A program made the translations under genes and the position numbers. This document shows positions 54,605 to 62,144 of a DNA stretch of 64,000 nt, piece by piece (the first letter of the stretch is position 1; the number at the start of each line of letters is the position of its first letter). The stretch comes from a virus: positions 64,285 to 128,284 of IMG/VR virus record IMGVR_UViG_3300026538_000054. One strand, given 5' to 3'. The notes under the pieces were generated by a model that saw nothing but the letters and a program-made list of their open reading frames with translations, was not told where the DNA came from and searched no databases.

Positions 54605-54641
54605 GCACCAAAGCCCTCTGCAGCGGGCTGAAAGCTGCAAC
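54605..54641 (+). repeat. 37-bp pseudoknot/CRISPR-repeat-like element (consensus-like copy)
   Basis: GCACCAAAGCCCTCTGCAGCGGGCTGAAAGCTGCAAC, 2 bp after a stop codon. Confidence 0.9.
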
Positions 54642-54683
54642 ATCGGCTGCGGTAGCAGCCAGCAAAGAACGGAAGACCTGATC

Positions 54684-55397
54684 ATGGCGACGACCGTTGA
54701 CCTCTACACGACCGTGATCAACACCAGCGGGAAGGAGATGATCTTCTCGTATCTGGGCAAGCACGGCAAGAAACTGGCCGCCGGCGCTTCGTTCACGGTC
54801 TTCGGTGACATCCAGCACAGCTTCCCCGACGGGACGACCAAGCAGACCAGGCGCAGGGCGCTGGAGCGCGATCTCCTGGCCGGCAGGCTGGCCATCGTCA
54901 GCACGCCCAGGACGATCGTGCTGGACACCAACCCCGACGCCATCGTGGCCAATCCGACCGTCGCCGCCACCGTGGCCGTTACGGGCGGCGGCGCTTCGGG
55001 TGGCTTGATGGTCGCCGGCCATTACAAGGTGGCCTACACCTTTGTGAACTCCTGGGGCAGCACGACGATCGGCACGAGCACGAGCGCGGACTTCACGGTC
55101 GCCACCGCGAACATCCCGCGGGTCACCGTGCCTGCGCTGCCTACCAACGCGACGAGCATCTCGCTTTACGTCACGGACATGCACGCCACCCTGGGCGACG
55201 CGACCACCCTGCACCGGTATGCCACGGGCATCACGGGCACGACCACGGACATGGCCACGGCCGTGGTCGCGGTGGACGCCACGCACCCCGTGCCTCCGAC
55301 CACCAACACTACGCAGGCTCATGCGGCCAGGGCCCTGGGCGCGACCGACAACGTCCTGGGGTTTGTGGACCCGTCCTGGGGCAGCTACACGACGTAA
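54684..55397 (+). CDS. structural protein with inserted Thr-rich beta (Ig/FN3-like) domain
   Basis: ANPT..ATVAVTGGG.SGG...Y...YTF...NIPRVTVPALP domain shared with 62145..64000. Confidence 0.7.
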   Translation: MATTVDLYTTVINTSGKEMIFSYLGKHGKKLAAGASFTVFGDIQHSFPDGTTKQTRRRALERDLLAGRLAIVSTPRTIVLDTNPDAIVANPTVAATVAVTGGGASGGLMVAGHYKVAYTFVNSWGSTTIGTSTSADFTVATANIPRVTVPALPTNATSISLYVTDMHATLGDATTLHRYATGITGTTTDMATAVVAVDATHPVPPTTNTTQAHAARALGATDNVLGFVDPSWGSYTT

Positions 55398-55424
55398 ATC
55401 TGACGCAGAGAGTGGAGCCAGCTC

Positions 55425-55892
55425 GTGCCCAAGGTCTTCGAGCAAATACGGCGCGGCACGACCGCTATCACCATCGCCGCGGCCAGCTACCGCCTGGTCA
55501 AAGTGCCCATGGCCACGGAGGCCCGGCTCGCCCGCGTGGTGGTAAGGCAGCTTGACGCGACCAGAGAAGCCGGCGGCGCGGCCGTGGCCTTCACGGTGGA
55601 CGTGCTTTCTTCAGCCGTTGGCATGGTCGCGGACACGGACATCCCCAACGCCACGCTCCTGCCCGACGACATTGATCTCTTCAAGGTGCTGGACGTCACC
55701 CTGGCCGGCACTTCGGGCAACGCCGCCAAGTCGGTCACGGCCAATGACGGCTTCGTGTACAAGAACGCCGACAGCCCGTCCCAGACCGTCAGGGAGTACT
55801 TCCTCTACTTGCTCATCCGCCCGACGGCGGCCGCCACCGCCACCCTGTGGAAGTACTGTCTCACCTGCTTCCAGGACGTCGGCTCCGGTTAA
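55425..55892 (+). CDS. putative structural protein
   Basis: 155-aa beta-rich ORF in the operon. Confidence 0.6.
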   Translation: MPKVFEQIRRGTTAITIAAASYRLVKVPMATEARLARVVVRQLDATREAGGAAVAFTVDVLSSAVGMVADTDIPNATLLPDDIDLFKVLDVTLAGTSGNAAKSVTANDGFVYKNADSPSQTVREYFLYLLIRPTAAATATLWKYCLTCFQDVGSG

Positions 55893-55901
55893 GGGCCTGA
55901 C

Positions 55902-56933
55902 ATGCCTACCAAGTCTCCCGTCACTACCAGGCTCTATGAAGTACCGGTCCCGGCCAAGCGTCGCTCCGTGGCGCTTCCTGCCGGTGACCGTTCTTCACTG
56001 AGCCTGCAGCTTCTTGACCCAAACGGCGACCCGGTGGATCTCACGGCCTACACGGACACCGCTCGCTACACGCCCTGCGGCGCCTACGGTGAAGCAGTAA
56101 GCGACATCTCTACTACGCGCTTTGAAACAGGCTCTCTGGGTTCTCCCCTTGACGAGGGCTGGGTGGACCTGCCCGTCCCTGCCAAGTTCGCCATCAGGCC
56201 GGGCGTTTATCTCCTCCAGGCCGTCATCACGGACGACCTCCTGTATCCCAGGGCCTCTTCCGACGGCGAAGTGGTTACCGCCTCGGCCAGGCTGAATCCG
56301 ACCACGTATCGCATCAGCACGTTGACGACCCTGAGCGTGGCCATCGACTACGACTTCCCCGTGGACGTCACCCCGGCCGTGGGCGTAGGTGAGACCGTCG
56401 TCGCCAAACAACAACTGGTACGAGACGTCAGCCTGGTCTGCTCGAACATCCTCTACCTGGTGGTGGAGCGCGCGCTTTTCGGCGCTGCCTCGCCAAGACA
56501 GGGCCCGCCGACCATCGCCGAGGTTCGCCTCGCTCTTCGGGACTACCCGGAGACGAACTTGTTGCTAGACGAGTACGAGTTCGACGAGGCCGAGATCGCG
56601 TTGGCCGCCTCTCGAATCGTGGACTACTTCAACGAGCTGGCGCCGCCGTTGGGCAGGTACTTCACCACCGATGACTTCCCCTGGCGGTTCCACTGGCTGG
56701 AAGGGATCGCCTGGCAGCTCTTCATGACGGCGGCGCACTGGCATCGCAGGGGCGAGTTGCCGTACTCCGCCGGCGGCGTGCAAATCAACGACATCGGCAA
56801 GGAAAAGCAGTACCTTCAGGCGGCCATGCAGCAGATGCAGCTCTTCAAGGAGTGGGCGTCGAAGAAGAAGGTCCAGCTCAACATGGAAGATGGCTTCGGC
56901 GGCGTGGGCTCTGAATACGGCTGGTACTGGTGA
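55902..56933 (+). CDS. putative head-tail adaptor/neck protein
   Basis: C-terminal helical domain EVRLALRD...EFDEAEI...YFNE...YSAGGVQIND; position after capsid genes. Confidence 0.55.
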   Translation: MPTKSPVTTRLYEVPVPAKRRSVALPAGDRSSLSLQLLDPNGDPVDLTAYTDTARYTPCGAYGEAVSDISTTRFETGSLGSPLDEGWVDLPVPAKFAIRPGVYLLQAVITDDLLYPRASSDGEVVTASARLNPTTYRISTLTTLSVAIDYDFPVDVTPAVGVGETVVAKQQLVRDVSLVCSNILYLVVERALFGAASPRQGPPTIAEVRLALRDYPETNLLLDEYEFDEAEIALAASRIVDYFNELAPPLGRYFTTDDFPWRFHWLEGIAWQLFMTAAHWHRRGELPYSAGGVQINDIGKEKQYLQAAMQQMQLFKEWASKKKVQLNMEDGFGGVGSEYGWYW

Positions 56934-56952
56934 TTAGCCGCAGGAGGCCGCC

Positions 56953-57186
56953 GTGTCGAAAGAGAAGCCAAACTGCGTCACCTACGACGACAGGCGTAAG
57001 GCAAAGCCCAGGCGGCCCATACCTGGCGACGTCGGCCACGAAGAAGACGGGTCGGAGTACACCGCACTAGAGGCCCTCTACCTTGCCGCTTGCGAGAAGT
57101 ACCGATCAGCCAAGGGGCTGCTTTTCCTGAGAGCAACAGATTATCTGAAGGTGCTGCTATCTCTGGGCTATCGCCGTGTAGAGTAG
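56953..57186 (+). CDS. hypothetical protein
   Basis: AGGAGG RBS; CEKYRS...LKVLLSLGYRR. Confidence 0.55.
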   Translation: MSKEKPNCVTYDDRRKAKPRRPIPGDVGHEEDGSEYTALEALYLAACEKYRSAKGLLFLRATDYLKVLLSLGYRRVE

Positions 57187-57231
57187 CGGGCTGCGCCTTC
57201 GCCAGCTTCCTAAGCGTGTCGGAGCCCACGT

Positions 57232-57651
57232 ATGCCATCCTTCCAGAAGTTCAACAGTTTCGTGGAGGCCGCCCCCGAGAAGGTCCACAACCTCGGCGCC
57301 GACACGCTGAAGGTGATGTTGACCCTGACGGCCCCGGTTGCGACCAACGCCGTCAAGGCCGACTTGACCGAGATCGCCGCCGGCAACGGCTATACCGCAG
57401 GCGGTACGCAGTCCGCGCAGTCCTCTAGTGCTCAGACTTCAGGGGTTTACAAGCTGGTCATTGCAGACGTGGTCTTTACCGCGTCGGGCTCACCGATGGC
57501 TGCTTTCAGATACGCTGTGCTCTACAACGACACGGCCACGAACAAGGAGCTGATCGGCTTCTGGGATTATGGCAGCTCCCTTACCCTCGGCGTCGCCGAA
57601 ACGCTTACCGTGGACTTCGACGGCACCAACGGCGTGCTGACTATCACGTGA
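57232..57651 (+). CDS. phage structural (tail-associated) protein
   Basis: FQKFNSFVE...HNLGADTLKVML...GNGYTAGG...FRYAVLYNDT...LIGFWDYGS, a common virion protein pattern. Confidence 0.7.
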   Translation: MPSFQKFNSFVEAAPEKVHNLGADTLKVMLTLTAPVATNAVKADLTEIAAGNGYTAGGTQSAQSSSAQTSGVYKLVIADVVFTASGSPMAAFRYAVLYNDTATNKELIGFWDYGSSLTLGVAETLTVDFDGTNGVLTIT

Positions 57652-57658
57652 GGTAGCT

Positions 57659-58096
57659 ATGCGGAACATCCTTGTAGTTCGAGGCGAATGGGAGAAGGCG
57701 CAGGCGGACTACGCTGCCGCGGTCAAGCTGCAGCCCGAGAGCGCGTGGCGGCCCTTGCACAAGCGCGTCGTCGCGCTTGCCAAGGAACTGTCCAAAACCA
57801 TTGCCGCCGACGCGGTCCCGTGTTCTCGCTGCGGCGGGGAGCCGATCGGCCTGCGCCACGTACGTGGCGATTTACCACGGCTCGGCAAGCCGACCTATCG
57901 GCACGTCTATGAGATCGGTTGCGTGTCGTGCCATGACACGGACAAGGACGACCGCCGCGGCATGGCCGAGACGCCGAGGATGGGTAGCGGCGCGGAACTG
58001 GACAAGCTGGCGGAAAAGACCGCCAAGGAAGCCGTCGCCGACTGGAATGCGAAGAACGCACCGCCCGTAGGAAAAGACGCCCCTCGGGAGAGTTGA
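57659..58096 (+). CDS. hypothetical protein with Zn ribbon
   Basis: PCSRCG...CVSC...EAVADWN. Confidence 0.6.
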   Translation: MRNILVVRGEWEKAQADYAAAVKLQPESAWRPLHKRVVALAKELSKTIAADAVPCSRCGGEPIGLRHVRGDLPRLGKPTYRHVYEIGCVSCHDTDKDDRRGMAETPRMGSGAELDKLAEKTAKEAVADWNAKNAPPVGKDAPRES

Positions 58097-58100
58097 ACTT

Positions 58101-58418
58101 ATGGCTCTGAATCACATCACTCTGGACGCCACGAAGGCCGCCGGCAATCGCGTCCGCGCCGTGAGGGCGCAGGGGTCGTCCTTCCTCGCGGAACTACGGC
58201 TCATCCAGGGCGAGTTGGCGCAGTTCATCAACGGCGACGGCAGTGCGGACGCGCATTATGCGCCGATGCAGTTGGCCGGCGTGGGCGCCACGAACGCCGA
58301 GGCCCATAGCGCCTTCGTGCAGATCGACACCCTGTTTCAGGCGCTGAACACGAACAGCTCGCAGTCGGCCGTGCTGGACAAGTTCAACCAGTTCGTCAAC
58401 TTCCTGGGCTGCAACTGA
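58101..58418 (+). CDS. hypothetical protein
   Basis: GGGAG RBS, 105 aa. Confidence 0.6.
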   Translation: MALNHITLDATKAAGNRVRAVRAQGSSFLAELRLIQGELAQFINGDGSADAHYAPMQLAGVGATNAEAHSAFVQIDTLFQALNTNSSQSAVLDKFNQFVNFLGCN

Positions 58419-58451
58419 GCGGTCAAAAGAGCAAGGCGCGAGGCTTGAGCG

Positions 58452-61271
58452 ATGCCGCTCACGACCGCTCTCGAAGCGGGTTATCGCTGTGACGAGGCGT
58501 CCGGCACGCGCTTCGACGCGACGGCCAACGGCCGCAACCTGGCGGAGTCAGGGAGCGTTACGAGCACGACGGGAGTGCTCAATAGCGCGGCGGTCGTAAC
58601 CTCTTCAGGCGACGTGCTGGAGTTGCTTTCGCCTCCGACCGTGATGCGGGGCGGGGATTATGACTTCACGGTATGCGGCTGGGTGCGACTGACGACGGAC
58701 ACGACGTCGGAGCGCGTCCCGATCGCCTGCGCCGACTACTCGGCCAGCTCGGGCGGCTGGGCGCTGGCCCGCACCTCCAGCAACAAGTACGGCCGTTTCA
58801 GCGTCTGGGTCGGAGGCTTGCGGGTCAACGTCACCGGGACGGCGTTCGGCGCGTTGGCGGCCAATACCTGGTACTTCGTTCTCGGTTGGCACGATAGCGT
58901 CAACAACGAGATCGGCTTGCGCATCAACGGCTCGGAGTTTACCGCCAGTCATTCGGGCGGCGTTGACCCGGCCCCGAGCGGCTGTCCTTTTTGGTTGGGG
59001 ACGGACTCGGCCGGAATCTACGGGCCGGCCGGCTGGAACGGCTCGATCGACGGCGTTTATTTCTGGTCGCGCGTGCTCGACTCCGGCGAGCGCGCCTCGA
59101 TGTACAACTCGGGCTACGGGCGGGACTACCCGTTCATCATGTCCCTGCTAACCAATCTCGTCTCTTATTGGAAGATGGACGAGGCCTCCGGCAACGCGCT
59201 GGACGCTCACGGCTCAAACGACCTGACCGACAACAACGGCGTCGGCTCCGCGACAGGCAAGATCGGCAACGCCCGAGACCTCGAGCAGTCATCCAGCCAG
59301 TACTTCTCCCATGCCGACAACGCCGACCTGAGCACGGGCGACATCGACTTCACCTTTGCGATGTGGGTGAAGGCCGAATCGTTTCCCAGCTTTCCGGTCT
59401 TGCTCAACAAGGGCGTGACCAGCGGGACGCGCGAGTACCTGCTCTACTACGACACCTCCGCCAGCCGGTTCGTCTGGCTCGTCCAGGACGCGAGCACCGC
59501 CGAGACGAACGTCGTGGCCAACAACTTTGGCGCGGCCTCCACTTCAACCTGGTATCACGTCGTCGTCTGGCACGATGCAGGCAACAACCAGATCGGTATC
59601 TCTGTCAACGCCGGTACGCCCAACACGAGCAGCACCTCCGGCGGGGTGGTGGATGGTGCGGGGACGTTCTCGGTCGGCGCGTCTCCCTCGCAGTCTCTGT
59701 ACTGGGACGGGCTGATCGACGAGGTTGGCTTCTGGAAGAGGGTGCTCACCAGTCAGGAGCGCGCGGACCTCTACGCCGGCGGCGCAGGCCTTGCCTACCC
59801 CTTCAGCGCCAGCTCCTTCACTCTGACCGCCTCGACCGGCTCCTTCGCCCTGGCTGGCCAGGCCGTAACCCTCAAGGCCGCCCGGCAGCTTACGTCATCT
59901 ACTGGTGCTTTCTCCCTCGCCGGTCAGCCCGCTGCGCTTCGGAGCACACGCCAACTCACGTCATCTACTGGTGCTTTCTCCCTCGCCGGTCAGGCTGCTT
60001 CGCTCAGGGCCGCTAGGCAGCTCACGTCATCTGCTGGTGCTTTCTCTCTTGTTGGTCAGGCAGCAGGGCTCAGGGCCACTCGGCAACTCACGTCATCCAC
60101 GGGCGTGTTCAGTCTTACTGGTCAGCCCGCTGCGCTTCGGAGCACACGCCAACTCACGGCCTCTACCGGCGTGCTCGGCCTGACGGGCCAGTCGGCCAAT
60201 CTGGTACACGGCTCTGTCGGCGCGTTCACCCTGTCCTCGAACGTGGGCACGTTCACCCTGGCAGGGCAGGCGGCCTTGCTGTCCAGGGGCCGCAGCCTGG
60301 CTTGCTCGAGCAGGTCCTTCATCCTGGCGGGGCAGGCGGCCTCATTTTTCAGGGGACGTAAACTCACGTCCTCCAGGGGCGTTTTCATCCTGACAGGCTA
60401 CTCCACGGCGCCGTTGACGGCGCTGGCGGCCCTGCCAGGGCCGGCCTTCCAGCGCGTCAACGTCGACTACATGATCCTGGGCGAGACGCGCGTTACCTGG
60501 GTGTTCGAGCGGCACTTCAAGGACCCTGACCCCGATACCTGGGTCTATCAACTCCAGGCCGGCGCGCACGGCAGGATGCCCAGCTACAAGACGGCGGGGT
60601 CGCCCGAGCGCATTGACGACTGGGTTGATGTCGGTGCGCCCGTCATCAACGCGGCTGCTCTTTTCGACACGGCGCACCGAGCCTTTGGAAAGACCCTGAC
60701 CATCGCCTACAGGGTCAAGCTCACGACCCCGAAGGGTTACTACCTATCGCCGCCCGGTACTTCTCTGGGCCTTCTTGACAAGCACGACTGGCTCAAGGCG
60801 CGCGAGATCGTGAGGCGAGAGCTTCTTCTTCATCGAAAATACGCCTCTCAATCCGGATTTCTTTTCCGGAAAAGACGAGATGGTGACCCCTGCACCAAGT
60901 GCCTGGACCCCGCCACCGGGGACGTCACCCTCTCGCAGTGCGATATCTGCAAGGGCACGCGATTCGTTGACGGCTACTTCGCTCCCGTGCCCATGACCTT
61001 CGCCTCGCTGAGCAACAAGTCAACAAGAGAGATGCGCGAACAGACGATGCGCGGGCCGATCAAGGAGGACGTGGTCGAAGGCCGGGTGGTGGCCGTGCCG
61101 GGCATGGAGAGCCAGGACGTCTGGGCCGACGGAGCGAGCGACTTGCGCTACCGAGTGCAAAAGGTAACGCAGGCCGCCCACGTCAAGAACGTCCCTGTGA
61201 TCCTGTCTCTGGAGCTGCGGCAGGAGCCCTTGAGCGATGTGATCTACACCCTGGCTCTTACGGGCGGTTGA
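58452..61271 (+). CDS. virion protein: two LamG/ConA-like domains, 22-aa repeats and a C-terminal Zn-binding neck-like domain
   Basis: two (Y)W.MDEASG...DFT...WV...TWY.V..WHD...G.IDEV.FW.RVL domains; CTKC...CDICKGT.F.DGYF. Confidence 0.8.
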   Translation: MPLTTALEAGYRCDEASGTRFDATANGRNLAESGSVTSTTGVLNSAAVVTSSGDVLELLSPPTVMRGGDYDFTVCGWVRLTTDTTSERVPIACADYSASSGGWALARTSSNKYGRFSVWVGGLRVNVTGTAFGALAANTWYFVLGWHDSVNNEIGLRINGSEFTASHSGGVDPAPSGCPFWLGTDSAGIYGPAGWNGSIDGVYFWSRVLDSGERASMYNSGYGRDYPFIMSLLTNLVSYWKMDEASGNALDAHGSNDLTDNNGVGSATGKIGNARDLEQSSSQYFSHADNADLSTGDIDFTFAMWVKAESFPSFPVLLNKGVTSGTREYLLYYDTSASRFVWLVQDASTAETNVVANNFGAASTSTWYHVVVWHDAGNNQIGISVNAGTPNTSSTSGGVVDGAGTFSVGASPSQSLYWDGLIDEVGFWKRVLTSQERADLYAGGAGLAYPFSASSFTLTASTGSFALAGQAVTLKAARQLTSSTGAFSLAGQPAALRSTRQLTSSTGAFSLAGQAASLRAARQLTSSAGAFSLVGQAAGLRATRQLTSSTGVFSLTGQPAALRSTRQLTASTGVLGLTGQSANLVHGSVGAFTLSSNVGTFTLAGQAALLSRGRSLACSSRSFILAGQAASFFRGRKLTSSRGVFILTGYSTAPLTALAALPGPAFQRVNVDYMILGETRVTWVFERHFKDPDPDTWVYQLQAGAHGRMPSYKTAGSPERIDDWVDVGAPVINAAALFDTAHRAFGKTLTIAYRVKLTTPKGYYLSPPGTSLGLLDKHDWLKAREIVRRELLLHRKYASQSGFLFRKRRDGDPCTKCLDPATGDVTLSQCDICKGTRFVDGYFAPVPMTFASLSNKSTREMREQTMRGPIKEDVVEGRVVAVPGMESQDVWADGASDLRYRVQKVTQAAHVKNVPVILSLELRQEPLSDVIYTLALTGG
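59823..60397 (+). repeat. 66-bp intragenic tandem repeat (22-aa unit LTSSTGAFSLAGQPAALRSTRQ), about 8-9 units
   Basis: visible in DNA and protein. Confidence 0.85.
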
Positions 61272-61496
61272 CGTCTCGAGCTTATAATCGGCTCGCCGTG
61301 GCACGGGGAGAGCGACATGGACGAGAAGGACGAGGAAGAAACGCGACCGGAGAGTGGGTCGCCAGGGGAGAGCGATCCTGAAAAGGAGCGTGAGGGCCTT
61401 CTCTCGCCGGTCGCGTTTCTCCCTCGTATCTCGTTGGCGACCTGGCTGCCTGACCCCGGCCTGATCCAGCGGTCCCTATACGGCAAGGAGCGCTGA

Positions 61497-62120
61497 GTGG
61501 CCCAACTCTCCACCCCGCATGTGTCCAGTTATCCGGGGCCTTCGCGGCTGCGGATAACGGGCGCCCTGGTGCAGTGGCTCAGGGCCCACTTCCAGGACCC
61601 CAACAACCTGGAGGACCAGGACCTGGCGAAGGCCGGCACCGAGATGGTCTGGTCGCCGGACCGGGCGACCAAGCTCGTGATCGAGAGCATCACCCGCTAC
61701 GACCCGAAGCAGATCGAGCAACGGCCCGCCCTGATCGCGAAGCCCAACGCCTGGATGACGTCGCGCCTCTCCATAGGTAACAGGCTTCAAGGCTTTACCT
61801 CGTCATCGGGGACGGTCTATCGCGTGCGCATGGTGGAGGGCTCTCACACGGTCTTCTGCCTGGCGGGAGAGGGCGGCGAGTGTGAGAAGCTGGCGGACGA
61901 AACGCATCGAGAGCTCGAGCAGTTCGCCGACGTGGTACGAGAACACCTGGGGCTTGTTCGCCTCGAGGCCCCGGAGCTGGGCGACATGGCCCTTATCGAG
62001 GAAGCGAGCCAGCGGTACGTGATACCGATCCCGCTGGTCTATGCGTTCGAGAGGGCCTGGAAGGTCACGCCGCGGTCGGCGGTCAGGCTGCAAACGATCA
62101 ACTGGGAATGGAAGGCCTGA
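61497..62120 (+). CDS. putative tail completion/terminator protein
   Basis: 207 aa immediately before the sheath-like gene; EQRPALI.K motif. Confidence 0.5.
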   Translation: MAQLSTPHVSSYPGPSRLRITGALVQWLRAHFQDPNNLEDQDLAKAGTEMVWSPDRATKLVIESITRYDPKQIEQRPALIAKPNAWMTSRLSIGNRLQGFTSSSGTVYRVRMVEGSHTVFCLAGEGGECEKLADETHRELEQFADVVREHLGLVRLEAPELGDMALIEEASQRYVIPIPLVYAFERAWKVTPRSAVRLQTINWEWKA

Positions 62121-62144
62121 GGACCAAGGGGGAGATCCACAGTC

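Noticed and set aside
1378-54641. 37-bp element as an ordinary intrinsic terminator or HDV-like ribozyme
   Set aside because: No U-tract and only a 5-bp first stem; it lacks the nested double-pseudoknot elements of HDV-like ribozymes as far as I can see
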